Part shown: piece by piece, positions 1-11,417 of the stretch | Layout: each line of letters begins with the position of its first letter | Position numbering within the stretch: position 1 is the first letter of the stretch | Assembly: GCA_963832165.1 (NCBI GenBank) | Contig: CAWHTE010000001.1 | Location: 256,001 to 320,000, forward strand | Origin: an uncultured delta proteobacterium | Lineage (GTDB): Bacteria > Myxococcota_A > UBA9160 > SMWR01 | Reading direction: 5' to 3' | Length of the DNA stretch: 64,000 bases | The notes under the pieces: model-generated | Databases searched by the model: none | Told to the model about the DNA's origin: nothing | What the model saw: only the letters and a program-made list of their open reading frames with translations | Made by a program: the position numbers and the translations under genes

Positions 1-1400
1 GCGAGCGCGCGGTCTGCGAGCGCGGGGATGTCGGCGAGCGCGCCGCGCAGCTCCCATTCCACGGGCACGCGCGCCTGCACCGCCGCGCGCGCCACCGCCT
101 CGAGCTCGGCGTCTTCGATCAGCGCGCCGACCGCGACCACGAGGCGCGACGCACCCTCGGCACACGCCACCGCGAGCCGCGACTCCGCGCGCACGGCGAT
201 CGGCAGCGGGAGCGCCCGCTCGCGCAGCGCGGCACCGAGCAGCGCTAGTCGGGCCTGGTCGGGCACGTCGTGCACGTCGAAGCACAGCCCTTCGCACGCC
301 ACCTCGCGCACCTCTGCGAGCGAGCTCGCGAGCGCGGCGGCGGCTGCGCTCGGATCTGCGGGGACGGCGCCGAGCCCGAGCTCCACGCGCACGGGATTCG
401 CGCCGCCGATCTGGCCGAGACTGCGCGTCGAGCGGCGCCGATGGCTGTAGGGATCGTCCGTGAACGGCGCACCCGGGTCGGGCGGCGCGGCGGCGCGACG
501 CGCCCAGTGCGCCTCGGCGCGGCGCGCGAGCGCGGCCGCCACAGGCACTTCCTTCACGGGATCTTCGGTCAGCGAGACGCGGATCGTGTCGCCGAGCCCG
601 TCTTCGAGCAGCGCGCCGATGCCGATCGCGCTCTTGATCCGCCCGTCCTCGCCGTCGCCTGCCTCGGTGACGCCGAGGTGGAACGGGTAGCCCGGCACGC
701 CGGGCCGCCGCTCCTCGAGCCGCGCCGCGAGCAGCCGGTAGGCCTGGATCGCCACCTGCGCGTTGCTCGACTTCATGCTGAAGACGACGTCGAAGTACTT
801 CTCGTCCTCGCAGACGTCGAGGAACTCGAGCGCGCTCTCGACCATGCCGCGCGGCGTGTCGCCGTAGCGGTTCATGATCCGGTCCGAGAGCGAGCCGTGG
901 TTCGTGCCGATGCGCAGCGCGCGGCCGAGCTCGCGCAGCCGCCGCACGAGCGGGCGGAAGCGCTCCGCGGCGTGCTCCACCTCTTCGGCGTACTCGGCGT
1001 CGCTGTACTCGCGCACCTCGAACTTCTTCTTGTCGGCGTAGTTGCCCGGGTTGACGCGCACCTTCTCGACGTGCTCGGCCGCGATCATCGCGGCGCCCGG
1101 CGTGAAGTGGATGTCGGCCACGAGCGGGATGCGTACGCCGCGCCGCAGCAGCTCGGCGTGGATCGCGCCGAGGTTCTCGGCCTCCTTGCGCGACGGCGCG
1201 GTGATCCGCACGATCTCGCAGCCCGCGTCCGCGAGCCGCTCGACCTGGTCTGCGGTGCCCGCGGTGTCGAGCGTGTCGGTCGTGGTCATCGACTGCACGC
1301 GTACGGGCTGGTCGCCGCCGATCGCGACGTCGCCCACGCGCACGACGCGCGTGAGTCGCCGCCGCGGAGCGAACGGGCTCGGCGTGTAGAACACCGGCAC
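1..1400 (-). CDS. ispG: (E)-4-hydroxy-3-methylbut-2-enyl-diphosphate synthase, long three-domain form; 3' end runs off the window
   Basis: Own translation from GTG at 1400 gives [68 protein letters not shown] degenerate second copy of the N-terminal motif follows ([20 protein letters not shown]). No stop before base 1. Confidence 0.95.
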   Translation of the reverse strand, partial: MPVFYTPSPFAPRRRLTRVVRVGDVAIGGDQPVRVQSMTTTDTLDTAGTADQVERLADAGCEIVRITAPSRKEAENLGAIHAELLRRGVRIPLVADIHFTPGAAMIAAEHVEKVRVNPGNYADKKKFEVREYSDAEYAEEVEHAAERFRPLVRRLRELGRALRIGTNHGSLSDRIMNRYGDTPRGMVESALEFLDVCEDEKYFDVVFSMKSSNAQVAIQAYRLLAARLEERRPGVPGYPFHLGVTEAGDGEDGRIKSAIGIGALLEDGLGDTIRVSLTEDPVKEVPVAAALARRAEAHWARRAAAPPDPGAPFTDDPYSHRRRSTRSLGQIGGANPVRVELGLGAVPADPSAAAAALASSLAEVREVACEGLCFDVHDVPDQARLALLGAALRERALPLPIAVRAESRLAVACAEGASRLVVAVGALIEDAELEAVARAAVQARVPVEWELRGALADIPALADRAL

Positions 1401-1402
1401 GA

Positions 1403-4039
1403 CTAACCCGCCGTGAGCAGCGCCTCGAGGCGCGCGAACGCGTCGTCGAGGCGCTCGGGCTGGTTGCCGCCCGCCTGGGCGAAGTCGGGCCGGCCGCCGC
1501 CCTTGCCGCCGACCACGCCCGCGATCTCGCGCACGAGGTCACCCGCCTTCCAGCGCTTCGTGAGATCGGGCGTGACGCCGAGCGCGAGGCTGACGCGCTC
1601 GTCCTCGACCGCCGCGAGCAGCACGATCCCGCTGCCGAGCTTGTTGCGCAGGTCGTCGACCATTCCGCGCAGCTCGACGCCGAGACACCGTCGACCTTCG
1701 CGCGGATCACGCGCGTGCCCGCGATCTCGCGCGCATCCGACGACAGGTCGGCCGACGCGGCGCCGCGCTGCGCGGCGCGCATGCGCGCCACCTCCTGGTC
1801 CGCCGCGCGCTTCTCCTCGAGCAGCTTCTCGACGCGCGCGGTGAGCTCGCCGACCGGCGCGCGCAAGAGCTCCGACAGGCGCTCGAGCGTGCGCTCCTGC
1901 TCGCGCAGGTGCGCGAGCGCACCCTGGCCCGTGAGCGCCTCGATCCGGCGCACGCCCGACGCGATGCCCGTTTCGCCGATCACCTTGAGCAGCCCGATGT
2001 CGCCCGTCGCGCGCGCGTGGGTGCCGCCGCAGAGCTCGGTCGAGAACTCACCGAACGAGATCACGCGCACGAGGTCGCCGTACTTCTCGCCGAACAGCGC
2101 GACCGCTCCGGCCTCGATCGCGTCGGGATACGACATCTCGCGCACCGAGGCACTCGCGTTCGCCTCGATCCACTGGTTCGTGAGATCCTCGATCCGCTCG
2201 ATCTCCTCGGGAGACAGCGGCGCGTCGTGCGTGAAGTCGAAGCGCAGCCGGTCGGGCGCGACGAGCGAGCCCTTCTGCAGCGCCTGCGGTCCGAGCACCG
2301 AGCGCAGCGCCGCGTGCAAGAGATGGGTGCCCGAGTGGTTGCGCACGGTGGCCGCGCGCGCCTCGGCGTCCACCGTGAGCGTGGCGGGATCGTCGACGTT
2401 CACGCTGCCCGACACCACGCGCCCGCGGTGCACGACGAGCTCGCCGGTCGGGCGCTGCGTGTCGCGCACCTCGATCTTTCCGCGCGGCGTCGCGATCACG
2501 CCGCGATCGCCTACCTGTCCGCCGCTCTCGGCGTAGAAGGGCGTCTCCTCGACCACCACTTCGACCTCGTCACCCGCGCTCGCCACCGCCACCGATTCGC
2601 CGTCCACGAGCAGCGCGGCGATCGCCGAGCGCGTCTCGAGCGTCTCGTAGCCGCGGAAGCGGCGTCTTGTTCTCGGCTGCGAGCCCGAGATGCGCCGCGC
2701 CGGTGCGCTCGTCGCCGCTTCCCTTCCACGCCGCGCGCGCGCGCGTGCGCTGCTCCTCCATCGCCGCGTCGAAGCCGGGCTGGTCGAGCGCGAGGCCGCG
2801 CCCGCGCAGGATGTCCTCGGTGAGGTCGACCGGGAACCCGAACGTGTCGTAGAGCTTGAAGACGACCGCTCCGGGCAGTGTGCGCTCGCCGCGCTTGGCG
2901 AGCGCGTCGATCTCGTTCTCGAGCAGGCCGAGGCCGTTGGTGAGCGTCTCGAGGAAGCGCTCCTCCTCGCGGCGGATCCGGCTCGTGATGAACGCGCGCC
3001 GCTCGGCGAGCTCGGGGTACGCCGGCGACATCTGATCGATCACCGCATCGGCGACCGAATGCAGGAACGGCCGCTCGACTCCGAGCAGCACGCCGTGGCG
3101 CGCGGCGCGGCGCAGGATCCGGCGCAGCACGTAGCCGCGCCCCTCGTTCGCAGGCAGCACACCGTCGCCGATCAGGAACGAGACCGCGCGCGCGTGGTCG
3201 GCCACCACGTTGAGCGACACGTCCTTCTCGGGGTCCTGGCCCTTCGTGTGTCCCGAGAGATCCTCGGCGCGCGCGATGATCGGGCGGAACAGATCGGTGT
3301 CGTAGACCCAGCTCTTGCCCTGGAGCACCGCCGACATCCGCTCGAGCCCGGCGCCCGTGTCGACGCACGGCCGCGGCAGCGGCGTCATCGCGCCGCTCGC
3401 ATCCCGGTCGTACTGCATGAACACGAGGTTCCAGATCTCGAGCCAGCGGTCCGGGTCGCCGGCCGGATCGAATCTCTTGTGGCTGCCGAGGTGTCCTCCC
3501 ATGTCGAAGTAGATCTCGGTGCACGGGCCACACGGGCCGGTGTCGCCCATCGACCAGAAGTTGTCGGCCTCGTCGAGCCGCACGATCCGGTCGCTCGGCA
3601 CGCCGACCTCTTTCGCCCAGATCCGCGCGGCGTCGTCGTCTTCGCGGAAGACGGTGACGCCGAGCTTCTCGGCGGGCAGCCCGTATACGTCGGTGACGAG
3701 CTCCCACGCCCAGGCGATCGCCTCCTCCTTGAAGTAGTCGCCGAACGAGAAGTTGCCGAGCATCTCGAAGAACGTGAGGTGGCGCGGCGTGCGGCCGACG
3801 TTCTCGAGGTCGTTGTGCTTGCCGGAGACGCGCATGCACTTCTGCGAGGTGGTGGCGGTCTTGTAGTCGCGCACCTCCTGGCCCAGGAAGGTGTTCTTGA
3901 ACTGCACCATGCCCGCGTTCGTGAACAGGAGCGTCGGGTCGCCCTGCGGCACGAGCGACGAGCTCGTGACGCGCCGGTGTCCGCGGCTCTCGAAGAAGCG
4001 CAGGAAGCGCTCGCGGATCTCGCTGGCGGGCAGCGCCAT
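1403..4039 (-). CDS. alaS: Alanine--tRNA ligase (apparent frameshifts near 2660 and 1685)
   Basis: Motifs [40 protein letters not shown], the editing-domain [19 protein letters not shown] and C-terminal [15 protein letters not shown], spread over three frames. Confidence 0.95.
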
Positions 4040-4139
4040 CTCACCTCCGGGGGAAGAGGCAGCATAGCGAGCCCCGTTTCCGGAGTCCGGGAGCGGATTG
4101 GCTTGCCGCGGCGGAGCCAAGCAACCGAACGCGAGACAG

Positions 4140-5361
4140 CTAGAACTTCTGGATGAAGTCGTCTTCTTCCTTGGTCTTCGCGGGCTTTGCAGCGGGCTTC
4201 GCGGCGCCGGGCTTTTCCGACGAGAGCAGATCTTCGGTCTTCGGGCCGCGCTTCGCCTTCGTCGAAATGGTCCCAGGTGGCGTCGGAGGCCGACTCGATG
4301 CCGCGGAAGCGCAGCGCGAAGTCGTCGGCGTTGGAGACGTGGTTGAGCGCCTCTTCGTAGGTGACCAGGCCCGCCTTCACGTGCTGCATCAGACTCTGGT
4401 CGAAGGTCTGCATGCCGTACGTGGTGAAGCCCTTCGTGATCGCGTCGTGGATCTCCTTGGTGCGATCCTTGTCGCCGATGCACTCGCGCACGCGCGCGGT
4501 CGACACGAGCACCTCGAGCGCGGGCACGCGGCCCTTGCCGTCCGCGCGCGGCACCAGGCGCTGCGAGATCACGGCCTTGAGGATGCTCGCGAGCTGGATC
4601 CGCACCTGCTTCTGCTGGTAGGGCGGGAACACCGAGATGATCCGGTTGATCGTCTCGGTGGCGTCGAGCGTGTGGAGCGTACTCATCACGAGGTGGCCGG
4701 TCTCGGCCGCCGTGAGCGCGGTCTCGATCGTCTCGAAGTCGCGCATCTCACCCACGAGGATCACGTCGGGGTCCTGGCGCAGCGCGGCGCGCAGCGCGTT
4801 CGCGAAGCTCTGCGTGTCGACGCCGATCTCGCGCTGATTCACGATCGAGCGGCGATCGCGGATCAGGAACTCGATCGGATCCTCGATCGTCATGATGTGG
4901 CAGGTGCGGTTGGTGTTGATGTAGTCGATCATCGCGGCGAGCGTGGTCGACTTGCCGGAGCCGGTCGTGCCGGTCACGAGCACGAGTCCGCGGTGCTCCA
5001 TCGCGATCGACTCGATGATCTTCGGCAGCACGAGCTGCTCGATCGTCTTCACGCCGAACGGAATCGCGCGGAACACGATGCCCACCGTGCCGCGCTGCTG
5101 GAAGCAGTTCACGCGGAAGCGGCCGAGGCCGGGGATTCCGTACGCGAGGTCGACTTCGCGCGTGTCTTCGAAGCGCTGCTTCTGCACCGGGTTCATGATC
5201 GAGTGCGCCATCTGCTGGACGGCCTCGGGCGTGAGCCGCTCGCCGCTCTTGAGCGGAACCAGCGCGCCATCGACGCGGAACATCGCGGGCAGACCGGGCT
5301 TGAGGTGGATGTCCGAGGCGCCGCCCTTCAGCGCGATCTTGAGGATCTCGTTCAACTCCAC
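4140..5361 (-). CDS. PilT/PilU-family type IV pilus retraction ATPase (frameshift in the low-complexity tail near 4235)
   Basis: ASDIHLK, Walker A GTTGSGKST, TIEDPIE, ALRQDPDVILVGEMRD, TLHT and GMQTFDQSL. A plausible end EEDDFIQKF* lies in another frame. Confidence 0.9.
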
Positions 5362-5471
5362 GGGTGTCCCCTCAGCGGTTGCGACCGGTCCGCTGGATGG
5401 ATCGTCCAGTTGCCGGCGGGTCTTGAGGAGGCGCTGATGGAGTTTTCGAGCCTGGATGGATAGATGGAGAG

Positions 5472-5502
5472 GGGGTGGGCAAACGAGGCGTTTGCCCACC
5501 CC
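5472..5502. terminator. 14-bp perfect hairpin just downstream of recA (terminator or mRNA-stabilising stem)
   Basis: GGGGTGGGCAAACG-agg-CGTTTGCCCACCCC, 6 nt beyond the recA stop. No clear U-tract on the minus strand. Confidence 0.55.
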
Positions 5503-5508
5503 TTGGGT

Positions 5509-6639
<1,131 letters not shown>

Positions 6640-6678
6640 TTCTCTCTCTCCCTCTCTCGTTCTGTTTGAGATTGCGTT

Positions 6679-7249
6679 TCAGGGGTGAAGCGGAACGCGC
6701 GCGAGCGGCGTGTAGCGGGCGCCGCTCGGCGCGAGATCACTGCGGAACAGGACGGTCTCCATGACGTCCCAAGATTCGGCCCGCGCTGTGACGGATGCGG
6801 TCACGTCCTCGGCGAAATGGAGGCGGCGGTGATCGCGCGCGCGGCCCAGCGTCAGATGCGGCCGGAACGGGCGCGGCTCGGGCTCGAAGCCCGCCGCCAC
6901 GGCCCCGCGCTCGACCCCTGCGGCGAGCTCTGCGAGCTCGGCGTGCGGCTCGAGCGCGAGCGCGACCACGCGCGGCCGGCGCGGCGACGGGAACAGCTCG
7001 ACGCCTCCGATCGACGCCGTGAACGGCTTGATGCCGCGCGTGGCGAGGCCGACCTCGCGCTCGAGGTCGGCGACGCGTGTGGGATCGACGGCTCCGAGGA
7101 AGCGCAGCGTCACGTGCAGTGACTCCTCGCGCACCCAGCGCACGTCGCGGCCCGCGGGCTGCTCGCGCAGCAGGAAAGCGATGCGCGCCGCATGGGCGCG
7201 CGCGAGCGGCGCCGATCTCGAGCGCGAAGAACAGACGCAGGTCTGCCAT
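6679..7249 (-). CDS. thpR: RNA 2',3'-cyclic phosphodiesterase (2H family); frameshift near 7205
   Basis: [10 protein letters not shown] start, then two HxT motifs ([16 protein letters not shown]) in the next frame. Sits in the usual cinA-thpR-recA order. Confidence 0.9.
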
Positions 7250-7250
7250 G

Positions 7251-8543
7251 TCACCGGCGGCCTCCGCCGCGCCGCAGGAGCGTCGGCCCCTCGAGCGGGA
7301 CACCCAGCAGGCGGCGCCGGATCCAGTCGAGTGCGACCTGCGCGGTGAGCTGGCGGTGGCGCGTGCGGTCGAGCGGAAACACGAAATGGTCGCTGTGGGT
7401 GCCCGCGGCGTCCGCGAGCGCGATGTGGACGAGCCCGACCGGCTTCGCATCGGTGCCGCCGCCGGGCCCCGAGATCCCCGTGGTCGCTACGGCGAGATCG
7501 GCCCCGAAGCGCGCGCGAGCGCCTTCGGCCATCGCGCGCGCCACGGGCTCCGACACCGCGCCGTGCTCCGCGAGCAGCGCCTCGGAGACGCCCAGCAGCG
7601 TGCGCTTGGCAGCGTCGGCGTAGGCCACCACGCCGCCCTGGAAGTAGTCGGAGGAGCCCGGGACGTCGGTGAGCTTCTCGGCCACGAGGCCCCCGGTGCA
7701 CGACTCGGCCACCGCGACGCGCGCGCCGCGCTCGCGCAAGAGGCGCCCCACGACCTGCTCGAGCGTCTCCTCGCCCTCGCCGTAGACGAGCGCGCCGAGC
7801 CGCGCGCGGATCGCCGCGCACACGCGGTCGAGCAGCGCGTCGGCCTGCGCGGCGGTTGCCGCGCGCGCGACCGGGCGCAGGTAGTTGTCGGGGAACGAGG
7901 TGCGGAAGCCCAGCGTCACTTCGCCCGACGCCGCGATGTCGGCGAGCTCTGCATCGAGCGTCGACTCGCCCATCCCGAACGTGCGCAGGAGCCGCGCGCG
8001 CACGACACCAGCTCCAGCGGAGACGCGCGCCGCCACGCGCGGGAGCACCTGCTCGTCCATCATCCGCATCATCTCGCGCGGCACGCCGGGCATGCAGAAG
8101 AACACCGCCCCTTGGAGCTTGACGTCGAGCATGAACCCCGGCGCGGTGCCGATCGGATTCGCGAGCACCTCGGCGCCGTCGGGGAAATACGCCTGGCTCG
8201 CGTTGTTCTCGGTCATCTCGCGGCCCACGCTCGCGAAGAACGCGCGGATGCCCGCGAGCGCCGCCTCGTCGAGCCGCATCTCGCGACCGAACGCCTGTGC
8301 GAGCGACTCCGAAGTGAGATCGTCGCGCGTGGGCCCGAGCCCGCCCGACACCAGCACGATGTCGGAGCGTTCGGCCGCGCGCCGGAACGCGTCGATCATG
8401 TCGGCGGGCACATCGCGCACCGACGCGTGAAAGTGCGTCTCGATGTCGAGCGACAGCAGGCGATCGGACAGGAACGCCTTGTTCGAGTCGACGATCTCGC
8501 CGCGCATGAGCTCGTCGCCGATCGTGAGCACCTCGCCCTTCAT
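7251..8543 (-). CDS. cinA: Competence/damage-inducible protein CinA (NMN deamidase fusion)
   Basis: IGDELMRGEIVDSN, GGLGPTRDDLT, GTAPG, PGVPREM, AESCTGG, GAVSEPVARAMAEG, TGISGPGGG. Confidence 0.95.
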   Translation of the reverse strand: MKGEVLTIGDELMRGEIVDSNKAFLSDRLLSLDIETHFHASVRDVPADMIDAFRRAAERSDIVLVSGGLGPTRDDLTSESLAQAFGREMRLDEAALAGIRAFFASVGREMTENNASQAYFPDGAEVLANPIGTAPGFMLDVKLQGAVFFCMPGVPREMMRMMDEQVLPRVAARVSAGAGVVRARLLRTFGMGESTLDAELADIAASGEVTLGFRTSFPDNYLRPVARAATAAQADALLDRVCAAIRARLGALVYGEGEETLEQVVGRLLRERGARVAVAESCTGGLVAEKLTDVPGSSDYFQGGVVAYADAAKRTLLGVSEALLAEHGAVSEPVARAMAEGARARFGADLAVATTGISGPGGGTDAKPVGLVHIALADAAGTHSDHFVFPLDRTRHRQLTAQVALDWIRRRLLGVPLEGPTLLRRGGGRR

Positions 8544-9049
8544 TGCGCGACGCCTGCGAGCAGCGCGGCCGCCACGACGAGCGCCGCGAACGCGCCCGCG
8601 ACCAGATCGTCGAACACCACCCCGCGACCGCCCGTGAAGTGGCGCTCGGCCCAGCGCACGGGGCCGGGCTTCACGATGTCGAAGACGCGGAACGCGAGGA
8701 ATCCCAGCGCGAGCGGGAACGGCGCGAGCGCGCGCTCGGGCGGCGCGAGCAGCGAGATCGGCCACAGCGCGATGAGCTGCCCCGCGACTTCATCGATTAC
8801 GACACGCCCGTCGTCCTTGTGCGCGAAGATCTGCTCCGCCTCGCCCGCCGCCCACACGCCCAGCACGGTCGAGAGAAGCGCTGCGAGCGCCACGGCGACC
8901 GCGCCTAGCGGCGCGATCAGCGCGAACACACCGACCCCGACCAGGGAACCGAACGTCCCCGGTGCGATCGGCGCAAATCCCGCTCCCGCGGCGGTCGCTA
9001 CCGCGAGAGCGGCAAAGCGACGGACGCCGCCTTCGCGGGGCGAGCCCAC
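8540..9049 (-). CDS. pgpA: Phosphatidylglycerophosphatase A (start uncertain)
   Basis: APGTFGS, DDGRVVIDEVAG, FRVFDIVKPGP, GVVFDDLVAG. Confidence 0.92.
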   Translation of the reverse strand: MGSPREGGVRRFAALAVATAAGAGFAPIAPGTFGSLVGVGVFALIAPLGAVAVALAALLSTVLGVWAAGEAEQIFAHKDDGRVVIDEVAGQLIALWPISLLAPPERALAPFPLALGFLAFRVFDIVKPGPVRWAERHFTGGRGVVFDDLVAGAFAALVVAAALLAGVAQ

Positions 9050-9243
9050 GAGACGAGACAAACCACGCGCTCCGGACTGGCGGTGCGGCGGGAGGAGCGC
9101 CGCCTGCAATCGACGCCTCAGCGGGGGACCGGGCGACCGGGCTCAGGGTACCTCCATGCGTGGGTGGGAGTCAACGAAACTCAGGCGAAAATCGGCTTCC
9201 AAGTGCCGACCGAACAAGGAAGAAGGGGCTAGGATGAAAATCC

Positions 9244-9684
9244 GTGGAGAGCCCCGTGCTCGGACTCGACCTCGGCGTGCGCAGGATCGGACTCGCGGTG
9301 TCCGATCAGTCAGGCGTGATCGCCTTCCCGATCGGTGCACTCGACCGCCGCGGGCTGGCCGCGGACCTGCGCGCGCTCTGCGAGCTGATCCGCGAGCGCG
9401 GCGTACGGGCTGTGGTGGTGGGGCTTCCGCTCCACCTGGATGGGCGTTCGGGCACCGGAGCCGAGGCCGCGCGCCGGTTCGCGAAGTCGCTCGGCGAGGC
9501 CTGCGCGCTGCCCGTGGAGCTTGTAGACGAGCGCATGACGACCGTGATGGCGGAGCGAACGCTGCGCGAGGAGCCGCGCGGCCGCGGCCGCGGCAAGCGC
9601 CCCGCGAAGGGGCAGGTCGATGCGCTCGCGGCGACGCTGATCCTGCGCACCTATCTCGAGCGCCCGCGCGAGGGCCGGAAGTGA
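9244..9684 (+). CDS. ruvX: Holliday-junction-resolvase-like / pre-16S rRNA nuclease RuvX (YqgF)
   Basis: LGLDLGVRRIGLAVSD, VVGLPL, VDERMTT, VDALAATLIL. Confidence 0.93.
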   Translation: MESPVLGLDLGVRRIGLAVSDQSGVIAFPIGALDRRGLAADLRALCELIRERGVRAVVVGLPLHLDGRSGTGAEAARRFAKSLGEACALPVELVDERMTTVMAERTLREEPRGRGRGKRPAKGQVDALAATLILRTYLERPREGRK

Positions 9685-10685
9685 TCAAGCGGCTCGGCGG
9701 CTACCTGCTCGCAGCCCTCCTGCTCGTGGGCGTCACGGGTGCCGCCGTGCTCGCGGCGCTGCTCGAGCCGCGTGCGGACTCGGGCGCCGAGGTGCTGTTC
9801 GAGGTGAAGCGCGGTGAGAGCCTGCGCGCGATCGCGACGCGCCTCGAACAGCGCGGGCTCGTGCGCGACGCGCGCGCCACCACATGGTGGGCGCGGCTGC
9901 GCGGGAAGGCCGGTCAGCTTCACGCGGGGCAGTACTGGCTCTCTCCCGCGCTCTCGACGAGCGAGATCATCGACCGATTCGCGTCGGGCCGCGTCGCGAC
10001 CTGGGAGGTCGTGATTCCGGAGGGCCTCACCGCCGCAGAGATCGGCCAGCGGTTTGCCGAGCGCGGCATCGTCGACGCGCGCGAGTTCACGGCCGCAGTG
10101 GGCGATCCCGCGCTCGCGCGCGAGCTCGGGATCCCCGCGCCCTCGCTCGAGGGCTACCTGTTCCCCGAGACCTATCGCCTGCCGCGCGGGCAGACCGGGC
10201 CCGAGGTGGTGCGCGTGCTCGTCGCGCAGTTCCGCGACGCGTGGCGCCAGGTCGAGGCGCGCGCGGCCGAGCGCGGCCACTCGATGCAGCAGGTGGTGAT
10301 CCTGGCCTCGATCGTCGAGAAGGAGACGGGCGCCAAAGACGAGCGCCCGATGATCGCCTCGGTGTTCGCGAACCGGCTGCGCCAGGGCATGCGCCTCGAA
10401 TCCGATCCCACCGTGATCTATGGGGTGACCGCGTTCGACGGCAACCTGCGGCGCAGCGATCTCGACGACACCGCGAACGCGTACAACACCTATCAACACT
10501 ACGGGTTGCCGCCGGGCCCGATCTCGAATCCCGGGCTCGATGCGCTGCGCGCGGCGATCGACCCCGCGCCGAGCAAGCTGCTCTACTTCGTGTCGAAGAA
10601 CGACGGCACCCACGAGTTCAACGAGACCTACGCGAAGCACGTCGCCGCGGTCGACCGCTATCAGCGCCGCAGGGCGACCCGGTGA
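9681..10685 (+). CDS. mltG: Endolytic transglycosylase MltG
   Basis: N-terminal TM helix, LEGYLFPETY, ASIVEKET, LESDPTVIY, GLPPGPISNPG. GTGA overlap with ruvX. Confidence 0.95.
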   Translation: MIKRLGGYLLAALLLVGVTGAAVLAALLEPRADSGAEVLFEVKRGESLRAIATRLEQRGLVRDARATTWWARLRGKAGQLHAGQYWLSPALSTSEIIDRFASGRVATWEVVIPEGLTAAEIGQRFAERGIVDAREFTAAVGDPALARELGIPAPSLEGYLFPETYRLPRGQTGPEVVRVLVAQFRDAWRQVEARAAERGHSMQQVVILASIVEKETGAKDERPMIASVFANRLRQGMRLESDPTVIYGVTAFDGNLRRSDLDDTANAYNTYQHYGLPPGPISNPGLDALRAAIDPAPSKLLYFVSKNDGTHEFNETYAKHVAAVDRYQRRRATR

Positions 10686-11305
10686 CCGAGCCGTCGACCG
10701 AGCCCGCGATCTTCTACGGCGAGCGCATCCCGGCCCAGTTCAACCGCGCGCTCGATCGCCAGCAGGCGCTCGGCGATGCGGGCCGCCGCGTCTACGAGGC
10801 GATGCGCGCGGTCGACGCCACGATCCGCGTCGAAGTGGAGGGCGAGGGCGGTGGCACCTTCTACCTGAACATCCGCGCGGGCCGCATGAGCGCCGAGGCG
10901 CGCGCGGCCCAGGCGCCCTTCCTCACGCTGATCCAGGACCGCCGCGCGTTCGATCGCCTCTCGCGCGAGGCGGGCGATTCGGCACTCGCGCTGCTGGGCG
11001 GACTCTCGGGGATCGCAGGCGAGCTGGTGCTCACGCGCGGGCGGGTCGAGAACCTCCGCTCGCTGGACGGGCTGGTCCGATTCGAGGTGACGGGCGACGA
11101 CGGCTTCGCGCTCGGCACGCACTTCGGTGCGGCCCCGGTGCCCGCCGAGCCGAAGACCTGGATCACGGTCGACGCGCAGACCTACCGGGATCTCCAGAGC
11201 GGCGCGCTCGACCCGCAGTCGGCGTTCATGAACGAGCAGATCCGGGTCGAGGGCGACATGCGCGTGGCCATGCAGCTCGCGCTCGCGGCGGTTGCGCCGG
11301 ACTGA
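10682..11305 (+). CDS. SCP2 (sterol-carrier) domain protein, possibly two tandem SCP2-like units
   Basis: C-terminal LDPQSAFMNEQIRVEGDMRVAMQL is typical of SCP2. N-terminal unit has VEGEGGGTFYLNI. GTGA overlap with mltG. Confidence 0.75.
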   Translation: MTEPSTEPAIFYGERIPAQFNRALDRQQALGDAGRRVYEAMRAVDATIRVEVEGEGGGTFYLNIRAGRMSAEARAAQAPFLTLIQDRRAFDRLSREAGDSALALLGGLSGIAGELVLTRGRVENLRSLDGLVRFEVTGDDGFALGTHFGAAPVPAEPKTWITVDAQTYRDLQSGALDPQSAFMNEQIRVEGDMRVAMQLALAAVAPD

Positions 11306-11417
11306 CCGGTTTCTGGGGCATATCGCCCCAGTGCACCTCGTGCCCGCAGCCTCGCGTGGGGCCGGGGAGGACCTCCTCCAGTCGATCGCGGCGAACGCCG
11401 ATAGGTCACGCGAGGGA

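Noticed and set aside
9050..9243. LexA/SOS box upstream of the pgpA-cinA-recA operon
   Set aside because: I found no convincing match to LexA motifs I know.
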